From Camelus ferus (taxonomy: Eukaryota), in assembly GCF_009834535.1 (NCBI RefSeq), contig NC_045707.1, positions 48,796,001 to 48,860,000 on the forward strand: DNA of 64,000 nt. Direction: 5' to 3'. The position numbers and the translations under genes were made by a program. The notes beneath the pieces are model-generated. The model made no database searches. It was not told the DNA's origin and saw only the letters and a list, made by a program, of their open reading frames with translations. This document shows positions 63,171 to 64,000 of the stretch, piece by piece; position 1 is the first letter of the stretch; every line of letters starts with the position of its first letter.

Positions 63171-64000
63171 GTAGTCTTTGGAAAATCCAATGTTTCCTTT
63201 TCTTAACTGTTTAAGTATTTTATTCAATAATGGGTAAAGGTACACAGCAATAGATTATATAAGAGTTTTCCCCTCACTTTGTCAAACTAACCAATTTTAT
63301 TCATTCATCTATACAGCTATATCAGCTAGGTGCTTCTAGTGCTTAAAGGAAAACCTGATTGAATTAGTTGCTGTTGCTATAAAAACCTTTAAATACAAGA
63401 CAGCCCAGAAAAAGGAAAATACCCCAATCACTACTAGATTCAACCCTGAGTTATAAGTCCCACAAGGTACATCAAACTTTGAATAAAAGCATGCATAATT
63501 TATGAAAGAAATAAAACTAATTAGTGAAGTGTTCTCTAAAACCAGTGCATTGTTTAGGAAAATGAAAATTGCTACTCTGAGAATCTAAGCAAATAAACTT
63601 CACAAAGAAATGAACATGTAATCTAAATTATCAGCAATACAAAATGGCCAAGACAGTTCAACAATTTCTAAGCAATCTGACAGAATCTTTTGGTGCTAAG
63701 TATTAATTCCAAATATCTGGGGAAAGATCTCAACAGAATAAAATGAGAATGGCCACATCAAAGCTTCTGTGTTTATAAAAGAAAACAGCTGTGACTGAGG
63801 GCAATGAATTAATAGTCCAAGTAATCTTTCTGAATTGGAGTTATGAATTTGAGCATGTTCACAAGAAAACAAAATAAGCCCACACCCAATTGAAATGATC
63901 TTTATAGACGCCATGTAAATGTATACCGAACCACTCTACAATTAAATACCACATAGTTAGTTTAGGGGCTTCGTGCCAAAACTATTTTGAAATTCTACTA

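Noticed and set aside
1..64000. DCN or EPYC exons, tRNA/rRNA/snoRNA genes, NUMTs, CRISPR or other prokaryotic systems, remaining short ORFs
   Set aside because: None recognisable. The remaining short ORFs fall in repeats or AT-rich non-coding DNA, and the neighbouring SLRP genes appear to lie outside the window.

Overview
Mammalian, AT-rich genomic DNA from the class II SLRP cluster (usual order DCN-LUM-KERA-EPYC). The lumican sequence and L1 tails suggest a cetartiodactyl, most likely a camelid (inference). Two intact + strand genes are present. LUM (lumican) has a non-coding exon 1 ending at 9718 and CDS 12137-13001 + 15926-16080 (339 aa). KERA (keratocan) has a non-coding exon 1 ending at 47818 and CDS 49190-50075 + 53798-53973 (353 aa). 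The rest is mostly repeat fossils: a Charlie1-type hAT transposon with transposase remnants, L1/HAL1/L2/MIR, MER21-like and MLT1 LTRs, an ERVL LTR+gag/pro remnant, and several 5'-truncated L1 tails with target-site duplications. The most notable observation is a ~1 kb minus-strand segment between LUM and KERA (~27103-28100). Translated by hand across stops and frameshifts, it gives a colinear series of parvovirus NS1/Rep-like motifs, from the HUH endonuclease region to the start of the SF3 helicase Walker A. It is a candidate endogenous parvoviral element abutting a truncated MLT1 LTR. All family assignments come from recalled consensus sequences, not database searches, and repeat boundaries are approximate.
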